DNA of 64,000 nucleotides from Macrostomum lignano. Taxonomy: Eukaryota. Positions 35,006-47,200 of this stretch are shown piece after piece. Location of the stretch: positions 1 to 64,000 of the forward strand of contig NIVC01002621.1 of NCBI GenBank assembly GCA_002269645.1. Reading direction: 5' to 3'. The stretch's first letter is position 1; each line of letters opens with the position of its first letter. The notes under the pieces were generated by a model. It ran no database searches. It had not been told where the DNA came from and saw only the letters and a program-made list of their open reading frames with translations. Position numbers and translations under genes: made by a program.

Positions 35006-36415
35006 TTAACTTGCGCCAAATATTTGCTTTACTTTGCCGCGAAAAGCTGCCGTAAGCTCCTTGCCCAACAGCTGACGGAGTCTGAAGCCGTCCTTATTAT
35101 GCTTGACATCCGTCATCTCCTTGCAAGCTTCCTTATCTAAGTGACAGCGCTTGTAGTGCTCATTGACGCCGATTTGGACTTCTGCGTTGTAGCGGATCGT
35201 TTCGTGTTTGGCTTGGGGACGTCCTCCCAGCTGAAATGGTTGTGCAAGGCCACCACACAGCAGGATTTGTGAATCGACTTGATAGAATAGTCAGGCGGGC
35301 TCTCCTGTTTCGTGCTGTACGGGTGCCGGAGCATGTACATCCTGGGGTCCACCGAGGAGTCCTCTCCGAGCTCGCTGAAGTGGTACCAGTTCCTGAAGGC
35401 GAACGAGCTCGAGTTCGCTCGTTTCTCCAGCGCGCTCAGCAGAGTGGGATAGTCCGGATGCTGCTGTGGCACGATGATCTCGTCCAGGTCGAACACCGCC
35501 GTGTACGTGTAGCGGCCGAGGTTCTGCAATTCGATAAGGAAGGACGAGTGACACCACGAATCTGAAAACTGTCTACCATGACGTGTCTATTACCTCATAG
35601 AAGCACTGGTTGATGGCGGGAGACATCAGCAGCAGTCCCAGCGACTCTTCCTGACCGGCTTCACAAAACGGACATCCGAGCTTTCTCACATTCACAAATC
35701 CTTCTGCACTGTAGGCTTGAGCTACTGATTCAAAGTTTTTGTTCGTCATGTGATGAAAGTGCAGCTGCACTTTGTCCATCTTGAGCAGTCTCTGAGCCTC
35801 GAGCCACTCGATCAGTCTGTACTCATCCGGCTTGCCAAAGGTCACCGACACGCAGTTGATGATCTGACGAGGGTTGTTTGGACTCTGACCCAGAGACAGA
35901 GGGTTGTGTCTCACTCGCATCACCTGCGATCTCAGAGAGGCGTCGCCAGTTTGAATGAAGACGAAGGCAGCAAAGCGGAGGTCATCTGCGACGGGGCAAG
36001 ACAGCACGAACTCCTTGTAATAGTGCTGCTTGTGACCCATGCCAGCGCCGATAGCAGACCTCTTGGCGACTGTGCTGAAGGAGAGGTGACCGGACTGGTG
36101 CATGAACTGGCAGATGAGCTCCTTCTCGTAGGCCTTCGTATCGAGCACAGTGATCACGCGGACGTACTTGCGACCATTGAGCGTCGGTCTGGTGTCGAAG
36201 TAGGCGCTGTACACGAACTGCCCGATGGACTCCAGATCGCCCTGCTCCTGCAACAACTGCTTGGCAATTTTCAGAGCCGTAGCCCGAAGAGATGCAAAAG
36301 CACCATCGTTGTCGGTCTGACGCGACATCTGCAGCACGATGCCCAGCAGCACCAGTCCGGCCAGTGCGATTGTGCCAGCCGCGAATGTAGCATAACTCAG
36401 CTTGGTGCGCTTCAT
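35006..36415 (-). pseudogene. GT92 copy B; exons 36415-35594 and 35523-35006; 1-nt frameshift at ~35207-35209 (true pseudogene or homopolymer error)
   Basis: Own signal anchor and near-identical core. After VPKP the annotated frame stops at 35137, but the shifted frame reads KHETIRYNAEVQIGVNEHYKRCHLDKEACKEMTDVKHNKDGFRLRQLLGKELTAAFRGKVKQIFGAS*, colinear with the copy A C-terminus. Confidence 0.75.
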
Positions 36416-36964
36416 ACAAGTTGCTTTTAGGCTTCGGAAAAGTCAAGTATTTTAAGTTTTAACTATCCTAGCAGATGCTGTCAGAGAAGTTTTGCAGACC
36501 ATTTTCTGAGAGAATGAAGAGCTGCTAACTCCTAGTTTTGCGTGCGTCTGTGTTTTTCACATGATGCAAGTCGCATGGAAATATGTTGCTCATTCATTTT
36601 CGGCTATTGTTGCAAAACTGGCACAAGCTGAGTTACGGGTCTGGGCTGAGCACCCTGGGGTGAGAAACAGACAGAGGTTATGGTTAACAAAATCGTACAT
36701 AGAGAGTACTGCTTTGCATGCAGTGGCATCGGTTGGTGCGGACTACAGACTGCTTTTTTCTCTTGCCGAGTTCGAAATTTACAAACTCCTGTACAAGGAA
36801 GGGTGTAAAATTGTTTCATCTGTGTAAAATATCTTTTCTATTTTGAAATTCTCTCTTCACAAGTTACGATTTCAAAGTTTTTTATACGAGGAATAGGATA
36901 TGGAGAATAATATGGAGACTTAATGCTGAGTCTGGAACAGGCCGTTATCGAGCCTTGGTTACTT

Positions 36965-37260
36965 GAAGGTTGGGGGTTCGATTCTTGACCCACTCGGAAC
37001 AATTTGTGTCCTTGACTAAGACAGCCTAGTGGTCAGAGCGTCGGAGTCACAACTGAAAGGTCGGAGGTTCGATTCCCGATCCCATTGGAAAAATTTGTGT
37101 CCTTGAGCAAGAAACTTGCTCAATGGGTGCCAGCATTAGCTGTTGTAATTGAGGGCGTGTGCGGCGACTCCCCAGTCGTTGGACTGAACAGCCGTACGCA
37201 GCCTTCAGATGCGGCGCGCAATAGCTGCGGCTGAGCTGTCGGTTGCACATCTGCCCCTAA
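36965..37260 (+). mobile_element. tRNA-derived SINE (full head at 37024) preceded by a truncated duplicate head
   Basis: A-box-like GCCTAGTGGTCAGAGC (37024), B-box GGTTCGATTCC (37066), central GTGTCCTTGAGCAAG motif, 3' body shared with 33105 and 33947; second B box plus TTTGTGTCCTTGA at 36975-37015. Confidence 0.8.
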
Positions 37261-39874
37261 TCAATTCTTTTTTATTACTAATAGTTCAAAATGCTTATAG
37301 CTCAAACTAAAATACAGTAAGAGAGAGTACAATGGCAGAATAGTTGACAAAATTTGACATTGCCTAAAAGTTTCAAGCATTCCAATTTTTGAATTTTAGG
37401 TCTTGTGAGCCCCCGGAGCATGTCCATCAGAACCCTTGAAATAACCGCTAAAGCGTCTGAAGTAAAGATAAGGCAAAATGGAGTTTGCAACGCTTCCTTG
37501 AGCATGTTACCCCCCACACGTAGAAGGTAAATCACAGAAACATTACCCTACTCAGAATCATCAGACCATGCCGCTACCATTGTAATTATACTTTTACCCA
37601 GACGCAATGAAAAAATATTTTGGCCATTATTCCACAGTTTTGATGTGTACCATAGACATTTGAATTGAAAAAATCCATCGCTCAGTATTTTTGTTAATAA
37701 ATACAGAACAACAAGAAGTAAATGAACAAAAAGGAAAAATCATTAAAACTAAAGTACCAGCTACACGAAAAGAGTTAATAATAAATGTCACAGCTAGTGC
37801 AGTTTATCAGTTTGTAGTCGAAATTTGACAATGTAAAAATCAATTTGTCACCCAAAGTGAAACATGCACAGTTCTCAAAGCCGCAGTTTCCAAAGATGCT
37901 CGACACTTTAGCCTGATGATTTGGCACTGCAAAAGGAGTTGGTCTATGTTGAATGTTTTCTATGAAAGAGAAATACAGGTGCTCAAGTATAGTTGCCGAA
38001 CTTACCATTTGAAAGATGCACGACTTGGTTAAGTTGGCATGCGACTGATGAGCTTCATCTGATGAGCTTCTTTGGTACCGAGTATCCAAGTCGAGGCGTT
38101 GAGGACTGCATGGTCGCGTTTTCTTCCTAGGTAGCGCCGCACGGTTCGTTCAGTCGTCGACAGGAAGATTTTTTCAATTAATAAGCGCGGCTGTTTGACG
38201 AGATGCACCAGCCATTAGTTGTTTGACAAGACAAATAGCTTTTTCTCCCACTACTCGCTTTCCTGATTTCTTGCAAGACGCAAGCAAAATCAGCACTCAT
38301 CACAGTGTTGTCTATGTTCAATCTAAGCCACACAACTCAGTCGTCTATGGGTAAAACAACTCTTAAAACAGCCAATTGAAGCATGATAAAAAGTGTGGAA
38401 TAATGGCCGCAAAAGTGTGGAATAATGGCCGCAAAAGTGTGGAATAATGACTGCGCGCTGAGTGAAAGTATAAATACAATGCACTTGTATAGTATGCAAC
38501 TTGTATTGTATCAGTTGCATACTATACAATCTACCATTGTTCTCTTTGACCTCGCAAAAGCAATTTTCACCTGCCGGCGCGTTAAAAAGTACTTGCTGCT
38601 CTTGCAAACCCTGGCGCTATCAGGAAGCTTCGATCATTGGTGGCAGATCTGAAACAAAATATTCTGCGAAATTTTACTCGGCGAAATCATTTCAGACAGG
38701 ATTTGGCAGGTTTTGAATTCTTTTTTTAATTTGTACGATATCGATCGAATGAAAAAATTTATAAACTTCCTTGGTTAATTGTACTCTCCAGTGAATTTTT
38801 CTCTTCCTTTAAAACATTTGTAACCTTCAAAAGTAAAACATTTGCACAGCCACCTTGCTCAGGTTTCCATGCATTTCGGTGCCCCAGTTTTTTATGCCAA
38901 AAAAATAATAAAAAGTAATCCTATAACAAATGTAATAAAAAATTTACAAAGCGTTTAATATTCCTAATAAAAGCAGTATCCGTTTTGTTAAACTGGCATG
39001 TTTTTTGATTTTGAAAAATCCGGTCAATTTAATTGCATGCATTTGCTGTATCCTTTATATACAAATACAAGGCTGCACTGAGCAAGCGTGCTATGAAGAC
39101 TAAGTTAGGTAAAGATAAAATCAATCAACGATGCTACATGTAGTTTTGATTGGAATCCATATGACTAGTCTATTTTAGTATTGATTTCTAATTTACAGTT
39201 TAGGCACCGAAAAGCGTGGACACCCGGCCCACCTACCTCCGCACCAACGCACAAGACCCACCCCACGCCCCACTGGTTTAACACCCAACCAAGCTACGCC
39301 CGGTCGGACATTCAAAATTACAACATTTGAACATGGAAAGCTCAATTAGAAGTTCATTTACTTGGAATTTTGACTCCATTAGGAAATTTGGTTGTTGGTC
39401 TCCTCCCTTCTTTCTGCACACCTTTTTTTCCTCAACTCTTCTTTCTCCTAATTGTTTTGGAATCTGAACTCTGAGTCTGGGATCACCTATCAAGAACTTG
39501 TCTCACCTCCAAGTGGTGATAACTTGAAGGCCAAAAAATAGTTGACGGTATCAAGTTTCATACGAAACATTAATAACAGTATTAATATTCATATTAGTGA
39601 TTATTACTATTACTAACGGCTGAGGGTGCAGATTATTTTATCTTAATGATATTATTTGAGCTATTCGAGGTAGTTAATAAAACAAAATCAATAAATACAA
39701 GAAGCTGGTGAATAACAGTTCGAACGTAACGGGAACAGAGCTCAAGCTTATTTTCTCGGGCACCAATATGAGGCCTGGTATTAACTCTGTAATCAAATGA
39801 CCCACCTGCTTGACTGTTTTGACTGTTATGCAGCATTTATTGGTGCAATTCTGATTTCAAACTTGGTGACCCAG

Positions 39875-41685
39875 ATCTGACACAGTTTAGCGGTAGTGAC
39901 ACACAGATCTGACACAGTTTAGCGGTAGTGACACAGATCTGACACAGTTTAGCGGTAGTGACACACAGATCTGACACAGTTTAGCGGTAGTGACACACAC
40001 AGATCTGACACATGCAGTATTGCAGTAGTGACACACACAGATCTGACACAGTTTAGCGGTAGTGACACAGATCTGACACATGCAGTATTGCAGTAGTGAC
40101 ACACACAGATCTGACACAGTTTAGCGGTAGTGACACAGATCTGACACAGTTTAGCGGTAGTGACACACAGATCTGACACAGTTTAGCGGTAGTGACACAC
40201 ACAGATCTGACACATGCAGTATTGCAGTAGTGACACACACAGATCTGACACAGTTTAGCGGTAGTGACACAGATCTGACACATGCAGTATTGCAGTAGTG
40301 ACACACACAGATCTGACACAGTTTAGCGGTAGTGACACAGATCTGACACAGTTTAGCGGTAGTGACACACACAGATCTGACACAGTTTAGTGGTAGTGAC
40401 ACACAGATCTGACACAGTTTAGCGGTAGTGACACAGATCTGACACAGTTTAGCGGTAGTGACACACAGATCTGACACAGTTTAGCGGTAGTGACACACAC
40501 AGATCTGACACATGCAGTATTGCAGTAGTGACACACACAGATCTGACACAGTTTAGCGGTAGTGACACAGATCTGACACAGTTTAGCGGTAGTGACACAC
40601 ACAGATCTGACACAGTTTAGCGGTAGTGACACAGATCTGACACAGTTTAGCGGTAGTGACACACACAGATCTGACACAGTTTAGTGGTAGTGACACACAG
40701 ATCTGACACAGTTTAGCGGTAGTGACACAGATCTGACACAGTTTAGCGGTAGTGACACACAGATCTGACACAGTTTAGCGGTAGTGACACACACAGATCT
40801 GACACAGTTTAGTGGTAGTGACACACAGATCTGACACAGTTTAGCGGTAGTGACACACAGATCTGACACAGTTTAGCGGTAGTGACACACAGATCTGACA
40901 CATGCAGTATTACAGTAGTGACACACACAGATCTGACACAGTATTGCAGTAGTGACACACAGATCTGACACAGTTTAGCGGTAGTGACACACAGATCTGA
41001 CGCATGCAGTATTGCAGTAGTGACACACACAGATCTGACACAGTATTGCAGTAGTGACACACACAGGTCTGACACCGTTTTGCAGTAGTGACACACACAG
41101 ATCTGACACAGTATTGCAGTAGTGACACACACAGATCTGACACAGTTTAGCGGTAGTGACACACAGATCTGACACAGTTTAGTGGTAGTGACACACAGAT
41201 CTGACACAGTTTAGCGGTAGTGACACACAGATCTGACACAGTTTAGCGGTAGTGACACACAGATCTGACACAGTTTAGCGGTAGTGACACACAGATCTGA
41301 CACAGTTTAGCGGTAGTGACACACACAGATCTGACACAGTTTAGTGGTAGTGACACACAGATCTGACACAGTTTAGCGGTAGTGACACACAGATCTGACA
41401 CATGCAGTATTGCAGTAGTGACACACACAGATCTGACACATGCAGTATTGCAGTAGTGACACACACAGGTCTGACACAGTATTGCAGTAGTGACACACAC
41501 AGATCTGACACAGTATTTCAGTAGTGACACACACAGATCTGACAGATGCAGTATTGCAGTAGTGACACACACAGGTCTGACACCGTTTTTCAGTAGTGAC
41601 ACACACAGATCTGACAGATGCAGTATTGCAGTAGTGACACACACAGGTCTGACACAGTTTTGCGGTAGTGACACAGATCTGGCAG
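39875..41685. repeat. 30-38-bp minisatellite (AGATCTGACACAGTTTAGCGGTAGTGACAC[AC]n, variant ...CATGCAGTATTGCAG...)
   Basis: About 55 copies visible, each with an AGATCT (BglII) site. Confidence 0.95.
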
Positions 41686-42442
41686 TGGAGGAAGATATTT
41701 TGCAGTAACTGACACAAATTTTTACATAAGTTCTACATCAACTGGAGCAGATATGAAACATGAGAAGCAGCTGCCTGTCGCGCTTACAGAAATTTCACAA
41801 TGCCGAGTTATATTTGCTTTTATTGGCAGCCTGTATTGACAATAGGCAGCGTGATGCAGGCAAAGCAACTTAATCCGATTCGAGCAGAGGAGAACAGCGC
41901 GTGAATATAGGCTACATGAAGTCTTAAACAGACAGCCACGGTGCTTTCAAAATTCCCTCATTTTTCACCGTCTAAAATACCTTTTAGCTTAACTTCCTTT
42001 TCTGCGTGTGAAAAAGCATACACAATGCATTGTTCTCCGCAAATATATGACTACTTCTGCAACCCAGCACACTTTTGGTTTTGGCGAGTTAAAATGAAAA
42101 AGAATAGATAAAACTGAATAAATAACTTCATGCTAAATTATATGCCTTAGATATTTTCTTGGGAAATTTTAAGAGACAGGAAGAAGGATTAGACAGGAGT
42201 CAGCGGAATCGCCTCCGAGTTGTGGGCTGTTGCATTTAATTATTAATATTCTTAAGTTTTCAATAATACTAACAAGCTTCAAACAATAAAGTTGCACCCA
42301 AACAGACTTCGATGCTTCACTGAAACAGCTGCAGGACGTAAACTCGTCAAATTACTTAAGAAGTAACTTGGCTAAAAATTCGCAAAGAGCGACTGCTTCG
42401 AGATTGAAATCCCGATGAATTACCAACAGCTCGCCGGCAAAA

Positions 42443-43802
42443 CTATCCAAGAAGCTGTTTTGTCTTAATTTGAAAAGCCGCGGTAAGCTGCTCGCCCATC
42501 AGCTGAAGAAGCCTCGAGCCGTCCTTCCGCAGCGTTGCATTCGTCATCTCCTTGCAAGTTTTCTCGTCAAAATGGCACTTCTTGTAGTGCTCATTGAGTC
42601 CCAGATCGATAGGCACTGGAAGATGACCGCTTTGGGTGTTCGGCTTGGGGACGTCCTCCCAGCTGAAATGGTTGTGCAAGGCCACCACACAGCAGGATTT
42701 GTGAATCGATTTGATGGAATAGCCAAGCGGGCTCTCCTGTTTCGTGCTGTACGGGTGCCGGAGCATGTACATCCTGGGGTCCACCGAGGAGTCCTCTCCG
42801 AGCTCGCTGAAGTGGTACCAGTTCCTGAAGGCGAACGAGCTCGTGTTCGCTCGTTTCTCCAGCGCGCTCAGCAGAGTGGGATAGTCCGGGTGCTGCTGTG
42901 GCACGATGATCTCGTCCAGGTCGAACACCGCCGTGTACGTGTAGCGGCCGAGGTTCTGCAATTCGATAAGGAAGGACGAGTGACACCACGAATCTGAAAA
43001 CTGTCCACCATGACGTGTCTATTACCTCATAGAAGCACTGGTTGATGGCGGGAGACATCAGCAGCAGTCCCAGCGACTCTTCCTGACCGGCTTCACAAAA
43101 CGGACATCCGAGCTTTCTCACATTCACAAATCCTTCTGCACTGTAGGCTTGAGCTACTGATTCAAAGTTTTTGTTCGTCATGTGATAAAAGTACAGCTGC
43201 ACTTTGTCCATCTTGAGCAGTCTCTGAGCCTCGAGCCACTCGATCAGTCTGTACTCATCCGGCTTGCCAAAGGTCACCGACACGCAGTTGATGATCTGAC
43301 GAGGGTTGTTTGGACTCTGACCCAGAGACAGAGGGTTGTGTCTCACTCGCATCACCTGCGATCTCAGAGAGGCGTCACCAGTTTGAATAAAGACGAAGGT
43401 AGCAGAGCTGAGGTCATCTGCGACGGGGCAAGACAGCACGAACTCCTTGTAATAGTGCTGCTTGTGACCCATGCCAGCGCCGATAGCAGACCTCTTGGCG
43501 ACTGTGCTGAAGGAGAGGTGACCGGACTGGTGCATGAACTGGCAGATGAGCTCCTTCTCGTAGGCCTTCGTATCGAGCACAGTGATCACGCGGACGTACT
43601 TGCGACCGTTGAGCGTCGGTCTGGTGTCGAAGTAGGCGCTGTACACGAACTGCCCGATGGACTCCAAATCGACCCGGTCCTCGAAAAAGTTTTTGTTGAT
43701 TGTCGCCTTGTCTTTAATGTCACTCAAAGACCAGGTACAAAGCAGCAGTAGCAGCAGTGCAAACCCGGCGGTCGCTATGACTCGTCGTGGTGGCTTTCCC
43801 AT
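42443..43802 (-). CDS. GT92 copy C; exons 43802-43026 and 42955-42443, ~429 aa
   Basis: MGKPPRRVIATAGFALLLLLLCTW anchor, same core and 70-nt intron (42956-43025) as copies A and B, intact to the stop at 42443. Confidence 0.85.
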
Positions 43803-44249
43803 GCCGCGGAGCCAACACTGAGTAGGAAAAACGATGCTTTTACTTAGATTTACAGGTAAGAGCCGTGTCAGAATTATTCTGATTTGCTGCTCATTACTTT
43901 TTCTGGTCCCTTGAGAAAAGCCATTAGATCGAAAATAATTTAACCAGCTAGCCTTAAATAGTAATCTCCTCTCCTCTCCTCGCCTCGCCTCTCCTCTCCT
44001 CTTCTCTGAATTAGGCAACACAGAAACACAGACGCATACAATGTAGCTTAGAAAAAGATACGTCTGTCTGGAATGTCGAGAAATCCAGGCCAGCTCTTCG
44101 GTCGACGTAGCGGAAGCCATTTCTCCAGGCGCATATTGGGTTAAGGGGTTGAGCATGTTTAGAAAGCGGTAGGAAAAAACTTATTACGAGTAGAAATTAA
44201 AATTAATTCTATAAATTCTCTTTCCTATTACGGTGAATTCCTTCCTTCT

Positions 44250-47200
44250 TCTAAATATACTAAATCTCTAATATTTGTATGCTTGTCCATAACGCTCTAG
44301 AGATCGCAATTCTTCACCGATTTTGATCGCGTTTTCGCCAAAAGATTTGTGATCAGCCTGGGATTGTATGGTTAAAATATCTTGTATCTGCTTCAATGCT
44401 AAAGGGATTAAATATTCGAAAAACATGTTTTTTTGCAAAGGTCAAGCAGCTCTTTCGACTTGAAGTGCACTATACGAATGCTAGAGAAAAAGCTGGCTGG
44501 CTGAATTCTGATTCTGATAAAGATTGCATCACAACAATTTGAAAACACTGTGCCAAGTTAAAAGGCAGAAATTGCGTAACCATATAGCAAACTTTAATTT
44601 AGACTGATACTGACTGCCTGCGTATTTAATTATGTCATAGCTGCTTCGTGTGACGTTCACTCGAACAGACTTTGTGTTAGTATTCGTGCATTCGTGTAGC
44701 GCTCTAGAGATCGAACCAATTGACCAATTTTAATTGCGTTTTTGCCAAAAGATTTATAATTATCTGGAAAGAAGACAGTTAAAATTTCTTGTAGCTGCTT
44801 CAATGTATTAAATATTCGAAAAACGAGTTTTTCTAAATGTTTTTTAATGGAAGGCCAAGCAACGTTGAATTATTGACTGGCTGAATTCCAATTCTAAATG
44901 ATTGCGCCACAACTGCGTACTGCATATTCTCGCTATAAACTGACTCTGAGCTTTTTAGGTGGAGGCAGTGTGCCAAGCATTGCGCAGGCACTCTGGAGGG
45001 AGAGAGAAATCAGCCAGTGCATTTTAAAAGTATTGAAATTATAATAATGTTCAGTGGCTGCGCGTGTACATTCTTCTGACCCTGGCTGAATGGCGGACTG
45101 CATAGACAGTGTGCTATTTATAGATTTCACTTAAACTTAACTATGCACACTGAGCAGCCTACCACTGCTGTGTATTTGACCGCAATGTCAAAGCATATAT
45201 GGCTGATTTTTGCGCTCTCCAATCAGTAGGCGGAATAGCCGCAGTGTAGGCACTAGGATAGGTTTAGGCTAGGCGTAAGGTCCAAGGTTCGAGTCCGCCT
45301 CGCCGGCCGATAATTAAAATTACATAAATTAGTTCATTTATAGCTAGCGCCTCAACTAATTGAATCATTTTTTATTAATTAGTAAGCCATACTCAATGAA
45401 TTATATTTGCTATTCAGCACAATATTTTTGCTATTCAGCACAATATTTTTGCTATTCAGCACAAGTTGCTAAACAAATTAGATTTTGTCAATTTGAATTT
45501 GATTTGATTTCAGCCAGTGCATTTTAAAATTTGATTTGTAAAAAACTGATTCGTGTATTACTGCTCCCGAATTGCAGACGATGCTGCTAAATAGCTAAAC
45601 AGCTGAAGGTACTGCTAAATGCTGAGCTGCGCAAAAGACTGCCGATATGTATCGCAAAATTTATTAGTGAGCTGTACTAAATACTGAGCAAATTATCAGA
45701 TTACTGAAAGAATCATTGCTGAGAAGACTCATTCATGCAGACTGCAATGGGAAAAATTGAAAAAAACTGCTGAGGTATTCCTCCAGACTTATGAGTGTAT
45801 AGCAGAGCAAGCTGTTGAGGGAATACGAGTAACTGCGGACTGCTGAGTGAATTATTGTAGCTTGCCGATGCTAATGAAAGTTGTAGACAGTAGTACCTGC
45901 AGGCTGCTAAGAGTATGACTGCAGTCTGTTTGCGGGATTAGAAGGGATAGCTAATTTCAGGTTGTTGTGAGGATAACTGCCGATTTCTGGGGGGGGGGGT
46001 TAACTTCAAAGTGCGAAGTTACTAAACTTCTAGAATAGTATAAGGCTTTTAGTAGAAGGTCGGCAGTTCGAGTCTACATTGAAGCAGCGAATTTATCTTT
46101 GTGACAATAATCATTGTTTCCTATGGGAATTCAAGCAAATTTTTAACATTTTATTTTATATATACTTTTGCTGGGGCTACGCTAAGCTTCAAGAGCAGTG
46201 CTTATCTGCTGTAAGTGCTAATTTTCAAAGGGTATTGCTAATCTGGGTGAGCAGCGCTAATTGGGGAGAGCAGTGCTAATCTGACGCATATAATAAAATA
46301 ATAAATATGTAAGGGGATTAAATTTACCCTGCAAGTTGCAAAAACATTTTAAATGGTTTCGATTATGCAGAAGCAATATGGCCATATGCAAAGATTAGTG
46401 GCCATCTGCTCACTGATTGTGTATAATAGTGCTGGTGAACCATTGCTAAACTGCTGGTGAAGCATTGCTAAACTGCATTGCTAAACTGCTGGTGAAGCAT
46501 TGCTAAACTGCATTGCTAAACTGCTGGTGAACCATTGCTAAACTGCAGAAAGCTATAGTGAAATATTGTATTTTTTAATATAAACTTCTTTTAAAGAGAA
46601 GAAAACGCAAAGGCAAGAAAAAACGAACAAGAATCATCATGTCAATCATAAAAAAGCGCCCTGTCGAAAGTAAAAGTCTCATTGGGTATTGCTAAGACTG
46701 TTAAGACTGCTAAGACTATTGCTACGAGCATAATGCTGGTATGGCAAATTGCTGTGATATATCAATACTCATGGAAGGATTTATAAGATATCAAAGCACA
46801 AGGGGAATTGCTATAATTATGCATTCTGGGGAGAATTGCTTTGAATTCAAGGTTCATTTGTGAAATTGCTGAAATTAATTTTTGAAATGCAAGTGCCAAG
46901 ATATCAAATGGTTAGTCACTCAATTTTCAGGCTCATGGGGAAATTGCTAACATTTCCAAAGCTCATTGGGGAATTGCTGAAATTCGACTACAGGTTAAGG
47001 GTTATGGTTTTGGTTCAATTATAGAGCGATCGTCGTGACAACCATCAATGATCCATCGAGGAATTGCTAAGATTAAAGGCTCTTGGGGCGAATTACTTAA
47101 ATGCTTTGGCTCTACGGGGAATTGCTGATAGGTCAAGGCTTTCGGTGAAATTCAGATTACAAACCTTATGAGGAAGTTACTTTAATGCTGAGGCTCAAGG

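Noticed and set aside
37620-38450. Tc1-like terminal motif AAAAGTGTGGAATAATGGCC (3 tandem copies at ~38388-38450, inverse at ~37622)
   Set aside because: Orientation does not define a single element, and there is no transposase or TA-flanked pair; likely relics.
38860-39226. Short inverted pair GGCACCGAAA.GC.TGGA.AC
   Set aside because: Only ~22 bp, imperfect and without a TSD; insufficient to call an element.
43803-44156. 118-aa N-terminal extension of ORF 42591-44156
   Set aside because: Low-complexity, AT-rich and translates a CTCTC repeat; a good acceptor and ATG (43802) precede the signal anchor.
45230-45310. Bona fide tRNA genes here or at 37024, 49100 and 60595
   Set aside because: A and B boxes are present, but I could not fold convincing acceptor and anticodon stems; treated as tRNA-derived modules.
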